Positions 1 through 10,897 of a DNA stretch of 33,344 nt are shown in pieces. How positions within the stretch are numbered: the stretch's first letter is position 1; each line of letters begins with the position of its first letter. The stretch comes from Octopus bimaculoides (Eukaryota): assembly GCF_001194135.2 (NCBI RefSeq), contig NC_068989.1, positions 21,963,156 through 21,996,499 on the forward strand. Reading direction: 5' to 3'. A program made the position numbers and the translations under genes. The notes beneath the pieces are model-generated. The model was not told the DNA's origin and did no database searches. It worked only from the letters and a program-made list of their open reading frames with translations.

Positions 1-53
<53 letters not shown>

Positions 54-112
54 CAGACAGACAGACAGACAGAGACACAGGAAGAGAAACAGGGATAGAC
101 AAACAGAGACAG
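1..112. repeat. (AG)n/(AGAC)n microsatellite
   Basis: Directly visible tandem repeat. Confidence 0.95.
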
Positions 113-945
113 AAAGATGCAAATTATGCGATCTGGTGGCCTGGGCACTGGAGGTGGTGGGGATTTATCTCCCTGCTAGCAATATAAACAAGCGTACACT
201 TTGCACAAAAAGCCTACATGAGAGTTTCTCTCATGGTTTCTACTGCAGTAAAGTGTATCCTAACAGAACACCCACGTTTAAGTGAGGATAAATATCCCCC
301 ACTCTCGTAATATTACCTCTATTGCTAATATATAATTTCTAAAAGAGTTCCCTACAATCGTGTAGATTTGAAGATATTTTACGTTCCTTATTCCTCCGAT
401 AATAAAATTATCACATCTCTTACCTTCTGTTTATAAAATTCAGGCACTAAAACCTACCTTTACTGGCATTACAAATCTAATTTATACCCAGTTATTGGAA
501 TTATTCTCCTTTTGGACATATGCTTGGATTTATCATATATTTTTTTAAATTTTCGACGAACTATAAAATTTCATTATTCTATTCTCTCCGCTCCTCCAAA
601 CATTCCTCTCGATTTGTTTATCTTGTACTATAAAATAAAAGAAAGGAACAGCAATTCAACTTTTACCTTATCAAACAATTATACAACAAAGAGTCCCTAG
701 CTTCTATCTGTCTTATACATTTCCGTTAATACACAAACATAATTTCCCCAAAGTACCTAAGTTTTATCTTCTTTATCAACTAGTGAATGACTCATTGTTT
801 TATGCCCAGTATATGTAATACTTTGTATTATTGAAATATAGGTATATATTCAACAAAGGCTTAACTATAAGAAGATAAATTAACACTGAAAGAATAGAAA
901 TATTTAATAGATCGAAAAACGTATTTAGTTTTTAACTGCTTTTAT

Positions 946-1690
946 TTCTCTATATAACATTATTTGCGACACAATTCCACTAGTTGGTCCTCATGATTTT
1001 TTTGAGGCACCTTTGGTTGAATACATTTAGTTTTCTACCCGTCCTTATTTTCTTCTTCCAAGTCTCGCTGGCATAGATTAAGTAAAACGAAACGTAACCT
1101 TCTTGAGTTATGCCGACTCAAAAAAGGGCCGGTTTCCTGGTTTCCTTGACATATAAATTCCCCATCCGGACGGGAACGTTGGTCCGTCGCCGGATTACTC
1201 ATTTTTGCCAGTTGAGTAGCTGGAGCAACGTGAAATGAAATGTTTAGCTTCAGAACTCAACGCGTCGCCCTGTCCAGAAATCGAAACCACAATCTTGCGA
1301 TCATGAGTCCAATGCCCTAACCACAAGCCACACGCCTCCACCCTAGCATAGACTATAGTAGGCAGAACAATGAAGTTATATAGAGGAAATTTCCTATCAT
1401 TAATGATGTTTGCGGCCGCCTAAATAGAATGCATACACTGGAAAACTGCCACCGCCATACAAATCCTACAGCCTGTGTCCAGCTCCAAATTGCTAGTACT
1501 GCTTCCAACACTACCCAAATAGGCGAATCAGTTCATTACTGTCTTGTGTTGGCTGACTTTGGGAGTTACTTTTTAGTCCATGGTATTGCCCTTCTTAATC
1601 GCTTTTATCTTCATTGTACTGATCCTTAGACCGAACTTCTCCGCATTTCGTTGCAGTGCCATTCTCAACACTACGCTGTTTTTTTGCTAT
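946..1690 (-). pseudogene. RTE-clade LINE reverse transcriptase C-terminal remnant, interrupted by a SINE at 1081-1342
   Basis: Minus-strand manual translation: LQRNAEKFGLRISTMKIKA...FAYLGSV...CRICMAVAVFQ...LYNFIVLPTIVYA-[SINE]-IYASETWKK...KLNVFNQRCLKKIM...VANN. This matches the RTE RT thumb pattern (YLGS, LYxxxVLPTxxYxSETW, LNxFxxRCLxxI). Several in-frame stops. Confidence 0.85.
1081..1342 (-). mobile_element. tRNA-derived SINE (family 1) with target-site duplication
   Basis: Minus strand starts GTGGAGGCGTGTGGCTTGTGGTTAGG (A-box-like) and has GGTTTCGATTTC (B-box-like). It is flanked by ctggcatagatta (1068-1080) and ctagcatagacta (1343-1355), an 11/13 TSD. Removing it rejoins the RTE frame. 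Confidence 0.9.
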
Positions 1691-1964
1691 CAATGACGCA
1701 ACCTTTCAAAGTGACGGGTGTAACTTTTGATAAATTTATTACTTAAAGACTTCGTACTTTGTATCTAAAATTAAAATATTACTAATAATTTATCAATGTA
1801 ATAGTGCATACAACCCAACCTAAAATGATGTATCATAACCTATACATGCAGATAGTAAGTTGTATTACCAAACGTAATAACATTTTAAGATTATAAAAAT
1901 AGTTGTAAAAACATTAATTAAAAATAATAGAAATGTTTTTACAAAATTTAAAAATAATGTCATA

Positions 1965-2225
1965 AATGAGAAGATCCTGAAGAGATTGAGGTTACGACCA
2001 TTGCGAGAGATTGTAGCTATGCGCCGATTCCGCCTGGCTGGCTATATTCACTGTCTAGCCGATCGACGGCACCGGAAAACAATCATGACTTGGGCATCAC
2101 CTGACGGCATGCGTATAAGGAGCAATTAGTAGATCATTTGACAGAGGGCATTTCAAGATTACCTGAAGACAATCAACGGTCAACCAAAGCCGGTGGAAGA
2201 AGCTTACCAACCAACACACTGAACA
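1965..2225 (+). pseudogene. RTE-clade LINE ORF C-terminal remnant
   Basis: Plus-strand translation NEKILKRLRLRPLREIVAMRRFRLAGYIHCLADRRHRKTIMTWASPDG...RAFQDYLKT matches the RTE C-terminal pattern (NEEIL..RRLRxAGH..W.P.G). Confidence 0.8.
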
Positions 2226-2689
2226 ACACAAGAAACCCAAAGAAAAAATGTTCAACAATCCACAGACAGGAAATTTTGACAATTACTCAATGTCTGTGCG
2301 TACAATATTTAAAAATTTTTGTTTGCACAGTTGAGATGCCTATCACATCCTCATGGTATAGAAAATTGACTTTCACCAGCAAAAACCTTTAGGTTTGATG
2401 AACTCCCTACTCTACATAGATCAACATACAACTGATCATGTGTGATGTGAATATGTTAATAGTATTATAGAGAAAATAACATCGTCCTTTACAGGACTGC
2501 CACGTTATATTGGCATATAAACATTACTATCCGGTATTGTTACTGCATTTCACTCGCTCAGTGATTTAAAACATGTTTTTCTCGAAGCTTATTAAAATTT
2601 AAGAGAGAAAATCTAACATTTATTCCTAAGTTTTTTTAAAGACAAATTTACAGAACAGAGGCACATCATTTTATTTTATACGTGCATAC

Positions 2690-2908
2690 ATACAAACATA
2701 ATGCATTCATACATACATACATACATACATACATACATACATACATACATACATACATACATAAAGAGGTTGAGAGCGATAGAGAAGAGAAAGAGAGGGT
2801 GTGCTGAATAAGAGATTGAGTTTAAAAAGCAGTGATGGATAGCCAGATACAGAGACCAATAGATAGGTAGATACACACACACACACACACACACACATAT
2901 TAGTATAT

Positions 2909-2948
<40 letters not shown>

Positions 2949-3405
2949 GGTAGACAGGTAGACAGACAGACAGACAGACGGACGGACGGACGGACGGACG
3001 GACGGACCAACAGACAGACAGATAATCTATGTGAGAGAGAGAGACGGCATTTCTTATTGTGAAGTAATTTATTAAAATTGAACAGAGAAAAACAAAGTTT
3101 TATTTAGAGAAATTCAAAGAATAAAAATTCATTTTTCTTTCCAGTTTGTAATAAACATATTTCTTTTAAAGGAAGAAATTTATCATTTTCGAAAGTGGTA
3201 GCTTTGTTAAGAAATATGCATGTGCATCTGTGTAATACATACATACATACATACATACATACATACATACATACATACATACATTCATACATACATAATA
3301 CATACATACATAATACATACACACACACATACATACATATATACATACATTCATACTTACTTGCATGCATTCATACATATACACAGACAGACAGACAGAT
3401 AGGCA
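2690..3405. repeat. Compound microsatellite cluster (ACAT)n, (CA)n, (AGAC)n, (GGAC)n
   Basis: Directly visible; explains the YVCM/HTYI pseudo-ORFs. Confidence 0.9.
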
Positions 3406-3458
3406 GACATTACTATTGTCATATTCATACACAAGTATCTCTGTATGTTTGTCTACAC

Positions 3459-3994
3459 CAGGGGTGGGATGGGAAAACATTTTAGTGCAGCGGGCAAAAA
3501 TTCCCAATGAAAACGGTCCGCGAGTGGACCACAAGTTCTAACTCTTATACCTGTGTAAATCTTCTATATATCTATGTATAATTCGATATACATTAATAAA
3601 GATAAGCTTAACACATTAAATTAACTCGTAACAACTTCATTAACGCCACCACTGAATTTAGGACGCTTATATTATTTATGCGGTATTCTATATGTTTTAG
3701 CGAGAGTGTAGTTGGGTCTCAAATGGATGGTACAAACCTAGCAATTATGTGTTTTATAGTGAAAACAAAATATCTATTCAAATGGCAATTACCGGACGAT
3801 TTCTGTTCGAGTCTAACCATTTTAAGTCGTAGTGGAAATGCAAACTATGTTGAAAATAGGCATATGAATATTGTATAAATTTTGTAATTGAAAAGTTTAT
3901 TATATTTTGTACATACGAGTATGTCGGTCTGCGGCCACAATAAAATGTGCTCGCGAGCGCAATTGCGCCCGCGGAGGGGGTTTCCCCACCCCTG
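3459..3994. mobile_element. hAT-superfamily (Charlie-like) non-autonomous element / MITE
   Basis: Imperfect TIRs CAGGGGTGGG.. (3459) and ..GTTTCCCCACCCCTG (ends 3994). 8-bp TSD gtctacac (3451-3458) / gtctatac (3995-4002). Subterminal GCGGGC/GCCCGC motifs. No transposase. Confidence 0.85.
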
Positions 3995-4009
3995 GTCTAT
4001 ACGCATGTC

Positions 4010-4152
4010 ATTGTATATAAAGACAGAAAGAGAGAGAAGGAGAACGAGCGACAGAGGGGGAGGGAGAGAAAAAGAGAGACAAAGAGACAGAGAGGCAGAA
4101 AGAATAACAGAGATAGAGAAAAGAGAGATAGAGAAAAGAGAGAGAGAGAAAC
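4010..4152. repeat. AG-rich low-complexity/microsatellite tract
   Basis: Directly visible; explains the ERERRR/REKER ORFs. Confidence 0.9.
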
Positions 4153-4580
4153 ATGGACAAAATGTTTATATTTTTGTTGTAATGTCTTTAACGATAGTGT
4201 TGAGAAATATGTGTGCTGTGTACATACATGCACATGCATGATACTGGAGGAGAGGGAGTGGCGGTTGCGAACCAAACCGCAAGCTATGTTTCAGACAGAC
4301 AGATTCCACAAAAATTACAATGTTTTATATATTCTTTTTCCTCCATTCCGCATTTACTGTACCAATGATACGCACTATCTAATTTTTAACAGACGCCAAC
4401 ACAACTGTCAATTAGGAAACACCTGAATGTCTAATTTGCATTTTGTATTAATAATCCAAGTAGTAGATAGCAAAGATATCTTTCGCAATTGTATCTGTTC
4501 TCTCACAACAAGTAAACTGCTGTATTCTTTCTTTCTTTTCTTTTCTATTTTGGTGGGGATGGGAGTAGAGCAACAAAACA

Positions 4581-5863
4581 TTTATCTTTTATCTTTTACT
4601 TGTTTCATTCATGCTGGAGCACCACCTTGAAGAATATTTAGTCGAATGGATCGACCCCAATACTTACTTTTTAATATATATAATAATAATAATAATACAA
4701 AGAATATATATACATGTATACACACATATATGTACATACTTACATCTACATGTGTATATATACGCATATCAGGGTACAGGACGTTAGAACAATGAACTAC
4801 AGACAACGGAACGAACACATAGGAAAACGGAAAGCCACTTGGAATATTCCTTCATCAGCTGTCTCTATTCTAACCTGACGTTTCGAAGATAAGACATAAT
4901 GTACTCTAGAATAGTCTCTTTCTGAGTAGTGGAACAACTCACTACACAGAGGATTCCAAGGTGGCAAACACAAACCAAGACAGGAAAAAATGGACAGTGA
5001 AAACAACATTCAAAAGCCGTACGGCCAAACGCGAATCTGAGGTAGAACGCTAGTAGTTCGTCTTGCCTTCACAGCGGCTGGAGTGAAAAGAAAGCTGACC
5101 ACAGGTCACACGAGAACAGAGACGATGGTGGAGGGAGGAAGTGGAACAAGGAGGAAGAAACAGGAGTGTATAGCAGTGAAGTAGAAGTTAGAATAACAGA
5201 AAGAAGCAGAGCGAGACGGGGAGATGGGTAAGAAGAAAGATAGATAGGTAGATAGAGGGATAGATAGAAAGATAGAGGATGGTAGGGTGGGGAAGTGGAA
5301 CAAGGAGGAAGGGACAGTGTATAGCATTGAAGTAGAAGCCAAGATAACAGAAGGAAGCAGAGCGAGAGGGGGAGATGGATAAGAAGAAAGATAGATAGGT
5401 GGATAGAGGGATAGATAGAAAGATAGAGGAAGACAGATAGATAAATAGATAGAAAGATAGATAGATAGATAGAAAGATAGAGTCACGTCAGAATAATAAA
5501 GTAGACTTACTTGCAAAAAAGAACGTGTGCGTTCAATAATGTAATAATACAAAGAATATATATACATGTATACACACATAGATATTGTAAAGCCTGGCAC
5601 TTAGTGTATCGGTTTCTTTGTCGAACTGCTAGGTTATGGGAACATAAACACACCAGCACCGGCTGTCAAGTGATGGAGACAAACACAGACACAAGGACAC
5701 ACAGACACACACAGACACAGGCATACACACACACACGCACACACACACACATTTCAGTTTCTGTCTACCAAATCTACTCACACTTGCCCAAGGTGCCATG
5801 CAGTGGGACTGAACCTGGAACCATGTGTTTGGGAAGCAAGCTTCTTACCACACAGTCACACCT
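4581..5863 (-). mobile_element. tRNA-derived SINE (family 3, internal microsatellite) split by a ~0.9 kb insertion at ~4670-5584
   Basis: Head at ~5863-5745 (GTGTGGTAAGAAGCTTGC..GGTTCAGTCCC), CA-repeat middle, and tail pieces 5585-5680 and 4581-4670, all collinear with the copy at 27470-28055. Confidence 0.75.
4670..5584 (-). mobile_element. Non-autonomous Penelope-like (pLTR-type) insertion with 39-bp terminal direct repeat
   Basis: Identical 39-mer at 4690-4728 and 5542-5580. Minus-strand GAAACGTC (4877-4884) and CTGATGA (4852-4858) motifs. Internal 154-bp tandem duplication (gtggaacaagg at 5141 and 5295). Related copy at 13500-13763. Confidence 0.55.
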
Positions 5864-5864
5864 C

Positions 5865-6733
5865 TTTAAAAGTAAGCAAAGTGTATTGATTAATGCTCTT
5901 ACAACAACTAGTAAGGTATTAATATAATTCATTCCTTCAAAGTATTCTCCATTTGAAGCAATGCATCGGTCGAAGCAGTGCTCTTGTGAAGCGATGCCTT
6001 TTAAAGCCTCCGTCAATTTTTTCTTCACTTCTTCCACATCTGTAAATTTCGTAGCACCAGCTTTCATCACCAGTGATGACCTACGAAAAAAGATCCGGAT
6101 CAACTTCCAGCTGTTCTTTCAGTTCACGATACGCATTCAGCTGTGACTGCTTTTGAGCTTCCATGAACAAGCGAGGCACAAAAGTCTTGCTGTAACTCTT
6201 TTCATTCGCAATTCTTCGCTCAAAATTCGTTGGTAGGAATTCCAGTACACACCAGTCATATCAACAAGTTAGTCAATTGTTTGGTGACGGTCCTCCAAGA
6301 TCAGTTCATGAATTTTCATCATGTTTTCATTCGTTCGGGAGGGTCGACGATCGTCCTGTACGAAGTTGGTCTTCAAGCGACAAGTGATCATTCCTAAAGC
6401 GTGAAAACCACTCGTAAACTTGTGTTTTGCTCATGGCAACGTACCTGTAAGCTGTTTGAAGCATGACAATTGTTTCAGCCGCGTTTTTCCAAGCACAAAA
6501 CAGAATTTCACGGAAGCACGCTGTTCTTTTGTTTCGGCCATCACAAATCGTTGAACAGGGGAGAAGCACTGAAAAACAAAAACGCACCACGTGGAAGTAC
6601 GACATCAACCGACGACACCGATCGGCAGACTGGTTTCTGAGGGTCACATCAAAGGGATTCTAGCGGTGGAAGCCTAAACTACAACGGGTTTGTCCCACAA
6701 ATAAAGTTTCCGGTTACTTTTGGGTACACCCTA
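5865..6733 (-). mobile_element. mariner (Tc1/mariner) transposon, internally deleted and frameshifted
   Basis: ATG at 6541: MAETKEQRASVKFCFVLGK/NAAETIVMLQTAY..SKTQVYEWFSRF..GRSST, then FVPRL and VITGDESWCY, jumping directly to KFTDVEEVKKK..DRCIASNGEYFEG. TIR TTCCGGTTACTTTTGGGTACACCCT at 6708-6732. The other TIR survives only as AAAAGTAA at ~5868. Confidence 0.92.
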
Positions 6734-6759
6734 TGATTTACGTTCTCAGTTTAAATGAC

Positions 6760-6840
6760 CTGTAGAGCACTGGGGTCAATGTAATTGACTAGCCCTCCCA
6801 TCCAAAATTTCGGGCCTTGTGTCTATAGAAGAAAGGAATA
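6760..6840 (+). mobile_element. SINE family 2 3' fragment
   Basis: CACTGGGGTCAATGTAATTGACT..CAAAATTTCGGGCCTTGTG matches the tail of the 28900-29116 copy. Confidence 0.65.
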
Positions 6841-7544
6841 TAAATACAATTATGCAATAATTACCATCCAAGTTCTCGCATGTTTTATTCTTTATCAAAT
6901 AATTTCTATATCTTTTTATCCTTGTCAACATCTTTACTGAGTTATGCATTAAGCGTATGACAAAGCAAAAGCAATATTACATATCTAGATATTTAAACAC
7001 TAAAAAATTCCTACTAAACTTCTTTCCTCACATGACTTTTAATGTATTGTTTCCTGACCATTGACATAAGTATTAAATAGACGGAACTGTTTTTACACAA
7101 ATCTCATTAATTATACATAAAGAAGTATGTTCCGCGCAGTCTTTTCAAAACAACAGCCTTTATTATTTTATATTATTTTTATATTAATCACAGTTATTTT
7201 TACTTTATCCTGACATTTCTAATATTTCTTTCATTCAACCTCATTACTGGTCGCCATGAAACGTTCATCATGTCACAAACTTAGTCCCGTTAGATTTGAA
7301 ATTCCGCTGACATTATTGTTAACGACAACATTTCCTACTTTTCCAAGCACTTTCAGTGAAATTACTTCAAGTAATTTCCATTTCAGTCAATTGTATTGTA
7401 TATATTTATTAGATATTTATCTATTAATTATTTACCAGACATTTATTCCATTCTATTTACCCGCTATCTACATGCAGTCATTCATAAGTTTACATTTGTT
7501 TTCGATAGTTCCTAAATAATGTTTTATACAGTGTTTAAATATAA

Positions 7545-7611
7545 CCTCTGTGTGTGTGCGCTCATGTATGTGTGCGTGTGCTTGTGTGGGTGTGCGTGAG
7601 TAGATGTATAT

Positions 7612-7644
<33 letters not shown>

Positions 7645-7730
7645 TGTCTGTTTGTGCGCGCGGTGTGTCTGTTTGTTTGTGCGCGTGGTATGTCAGTCTG
7701 TTTGTCTATGTGCGCGCTCGCGCGTATGTA
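7545..7730. repeat. (GT)n-rich compound microsatellite
   Basis: Directly visible. Confidence 0.9.
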
Positions 7731-8031
7731 CACAACAGACATGGCAACTTCCAGCATCATTCACGTCCACCATATCATTCCGAAGAATCAGAAACACATA
7801 TCGCACAATTATGTTTGTGTGAATCTCAGAGTAATGATGGATTGAACAACCAGTGACTCTTTATTAACGTATGTGGTGTGGATTGTTTCTTTCATTGATC
7901 TATATCGGCGAAAAATATAACTACCGAGTGAAAAAAAAAAAAACGAAAAGTTAGTAGTTACTAGATTGTAATTCTCAATATTGTAAATGCAATTGGCCAA
8001 TGAGTTCTTCGTCCAGTAGTGGACTGAGCAT

Positions 8032-8093
8032 GTGCAGGTGTGGCTGTATGGTAAGAAGCTTGTTTCCCAACCACATGGTTCCGGGTACAGTCC
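8032..8093 (+). mobile_element. SINE family 3 head, running into an assembly gap
   Basis: GTGTGGCTGTATGGTAAGAAGCTTGTTTCCCAACCACATGGTTCCGGGTACAGTCC matches the head at 18157. Confidence 0.8.
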
Positions 8094-8360
8094 NNNNNNN
8101 NNNNNNNNNNNNNNNNNNNNNNNNNNNNNNNNNNNNNNNNNNNNNNNNNNNNNNNNNNNNNNNNNNNNNNNNNNNNNNNNNNNNNNNNNNNNNNNNNNNN
8201 NNNNNNNNNNNNNNNNNNNNNNNNNNNNNNNNNNNNNNNNNNNNNNNNNNNNNNNNNNNNNNNNNNNNNNNNNNNNNNNNNNNNNNNNNNNNNNNNNNNN
8301 NNNNNNNNNNNNNNNNNNNNNNNNNNNNNNNNNNNNNNNNNNNNNNNNNNNNNNNNNNNN

Positions 8361-8402
<42 letters not shown>

Positions 8403-8591
8403 CAATAAGAAAATGGAGAACAATATGCGGTATCCATCGACTTGCAGACAGTGTATTCCGTTGATTAATTTGTTTATTTTATAACTAAAATGACAAAAAC
8501 CACAATATACAGATGCTTATGACATACCATGTCATATTAACAATTAAGGTTACAAATATAAAGTACATTTAGCAATTGGAGAATATATACA

Positions 8592-8727
8592 GAAACTTAC
8601 AGCTGTTTCGACCTAGCGTTGGCATTCACCATTCTATCTCTATAGTTCCTCTGCGCCGGAGTAATTAGCAGATGAAAATGATGTAATGGGGGTGCATGCA
8701 TGATTCGCTAGGCCTCTTCAGAGATTC
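8592..8727 (-). ncRNA. Putative minimal type I hammerhead ribozyme, core intact
   Basis: Minus strand: GAAUCU-CUGAAGA-GGCCUAGCG-(87 nt)-CGCUAGGUC-GAAA-C-AGCU-G-UA-AGUUUC. Stem I 5/6 paired, stem II 9 bp, stem III minimal with palindromic AGCU loop, GUA cleavage triplet. Confidence 0.75.
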
Positions 8728-9170
8728 ACAAAATTCAATACAAATATAAAATAAAAAAATAAAAATAAAAATAAAAATAAGAATAAAGTAAAAATAAAAA
8801 TAAATGAAAAATGAAAATATAAAAATATAAGGCACATAAAAAGCCTACAAACAGTATATAAGGCCATATAAATAGTTTTAAACACGCCAATACACATGCC
8901 TGTGCCTGTGTACATAACCATACGTAGATATCTATGGATACAAAAGCATAGATAGATGAGTATATATGTGTGTCCATCTATCTATGGTTATGTACACAGG
9001 CACAGACATGTGTATTGGAGTGTTTAAAACTATTTATATGGTCTTATATACTGTTTGTAGGCTTTTTATGTGCCTTATATATTTATATTTTCATTTTTCA
9101 TTTATTTTTATTTTTACTTTATTCTTATTTTTATTTTTATTTTTTATTTTATATTTGTATTGAATTTTGT

Positions 9171-9306
9171 GAATCTCTGAAGAAGCCTAGCGAATCATGC
9201 ATGTACCCCCATTACATCATTTTCATCTGCTAATTACTCCGGCGCACAGGAGCTATAGAGATAGAATGGGGAATGCTAACGCTAGGCCGAACCAGCTGTA
9301 AGTTTC
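9171..9306 (+). ncRNA. Mirror copy of the hammerhead with mutated core (probably inactive)
   Basis: CTGAAGA at 9177-9183, but the G10.1-C11.1 pair is an A-C mismatch (9184/9288) and GAAA is GAAC (9289-9292). Confidence 0.6.
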
Positions 9307-10790
9307 TGTATATTCTCCAATTGCTAAATGTACTTTATATTTGTAACCTTAATTGTTAATATGACATGGTATGTCATAAGCATCTGTATATTGTGGTTTT
9401 TGACATTTAAGTTATAAAATAAACAAATTAATNNNNNNNNNNNNNNNNNNNNNNNNNNNNNNNNNNNNNNNNNNNNNNNNNNNNNNNNNNNNNNNNNNNN
9501 NNNNNNNNNNNNNNNNNNNNNNNNNNNNNNNNNNNNNNNNNNNNNNNNNNNNNNNNNNNNNNNNNNNNNNNNNNNNNNNNNNNNNNNNNNNNNNNNNNNN
9601 NNNNNNNNNNNNNNNNNNNNNNNNNNNNNNNNNNNNNNNNNNNNNNNNNNNNNNNNNNNNNNNNNNNNNNNNNNNNNNNNNNNNNNNNNNNNNNNNNNNN
9701 NNNNNNNNNNNNNNNNNNNNNNNNNNNNNNNNNNNNNNNNNNNNNNNNNNNNNNNNNNNNNNNNNNNNNNNNNNNNNNNNNNNNNNNNNNNNNNNNNNNN
9801 NNNNNNNNNNNNNNNNNNNNNNNNNNNNNNNNNNNNNNNNNNNNNNNNNNNNNNNNNNNNNNNNNNNNNNNNNNNNNNNNNNNNNNNNNNNNNNNNNNNN
9901 NNNNNNNNNNNNNNNNNNNNNNNNNNNNNNNNNNNNNNNNNNNNNNNNNNNNNNNNNNNNNNNNNNNNNNNNNNNNNNNNNNNNNNNNNNNNNNNNNNNN
10001 NNNNNNNNNNNNNNNNNNNNNNNNNNNNNNNNNNNNNNNNNNNNNNNNNNNNNNNNNNNNNNNNNNNNNNNNNNNNNNNNNNNNGAAAGACAGCTTGAGA
10101 AAGAGACAGACAGATAGACAGAGCTAGCAGTATTTTGTATTTAGTAGCTATTAGTATTTTACTTTAATGGACTATTATTACATAATACACCAGCCAGCTG
10201 AATAGTTAATAAATTCGGTATTTTAAATCAAGTGTAATGCTTTAACCATAAAGTTAAAAAAAAAAAAAAGCAGTGAGCGAAAAAAGGAGAAAAATATTAT
10301 ATATGAAGTTGCGAAAGGGCATATCTGTATTTAGAAACTAGTCTTGCTTTCAAGCTTGTCGATCATCACTAGTTTTTAGCTTCCTGGAGCCATAGGAACT
10401 CACATAATTTCTTACTATTATATGTTTGCATTATTTTTTTTATCTCATTGCGTTGGTTCGACAAAGTAAACGACTACAATTATATAATGCATAATTGATA
10501 CAATGCATTAGGATTAATTAGTAATGACTAGTTAGCAATGGTTTATGTAGTTCATTAAGTAGACGTGTTGAAATATAATTTTGCAGTGAAAAGTATTACA
10601 GTAACCGAAGACATCCATAGACATCAGTGTATCTCTCAATAGATTGTATTATTGTTGCGAGCATTCGTACATACGTACATTCATGCATACATACACGGCA
10701 CTAATACAATAAGTACAAAAATTTAAAAAGTAAGTCCTGTGATCGATTTGCTCGACTAAGCCATTCAAGATAGTCGATCAGTAAAGGAAG

Positions 10791-10897
10791 ATGCACACAC
10801 ACACACACACATACACACACACATGCACACATACACACACACACACACACATACACACACACACATGCACATATACATACATATATATATATATATA
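10791..10897. repeat. (CA)n(TA)n microsatellite next to a gap
   Basis: Directly visible. Confidence 0.9.

Larger units (their letters stand above)
8464..9432. repeat. Long inverted repeat (foldback) of a PLE pLTR-like sequence
   Basis: Arm 8464-8922 is the reverse complement of arm ~8983-9432, with about 14 substitutions plus A-tract indels by manual count. The centre carries a short inner hairpin (8947-8958 / 8975-8986). The right arm ends at the N-gap (9433). Confidence 0.95.
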
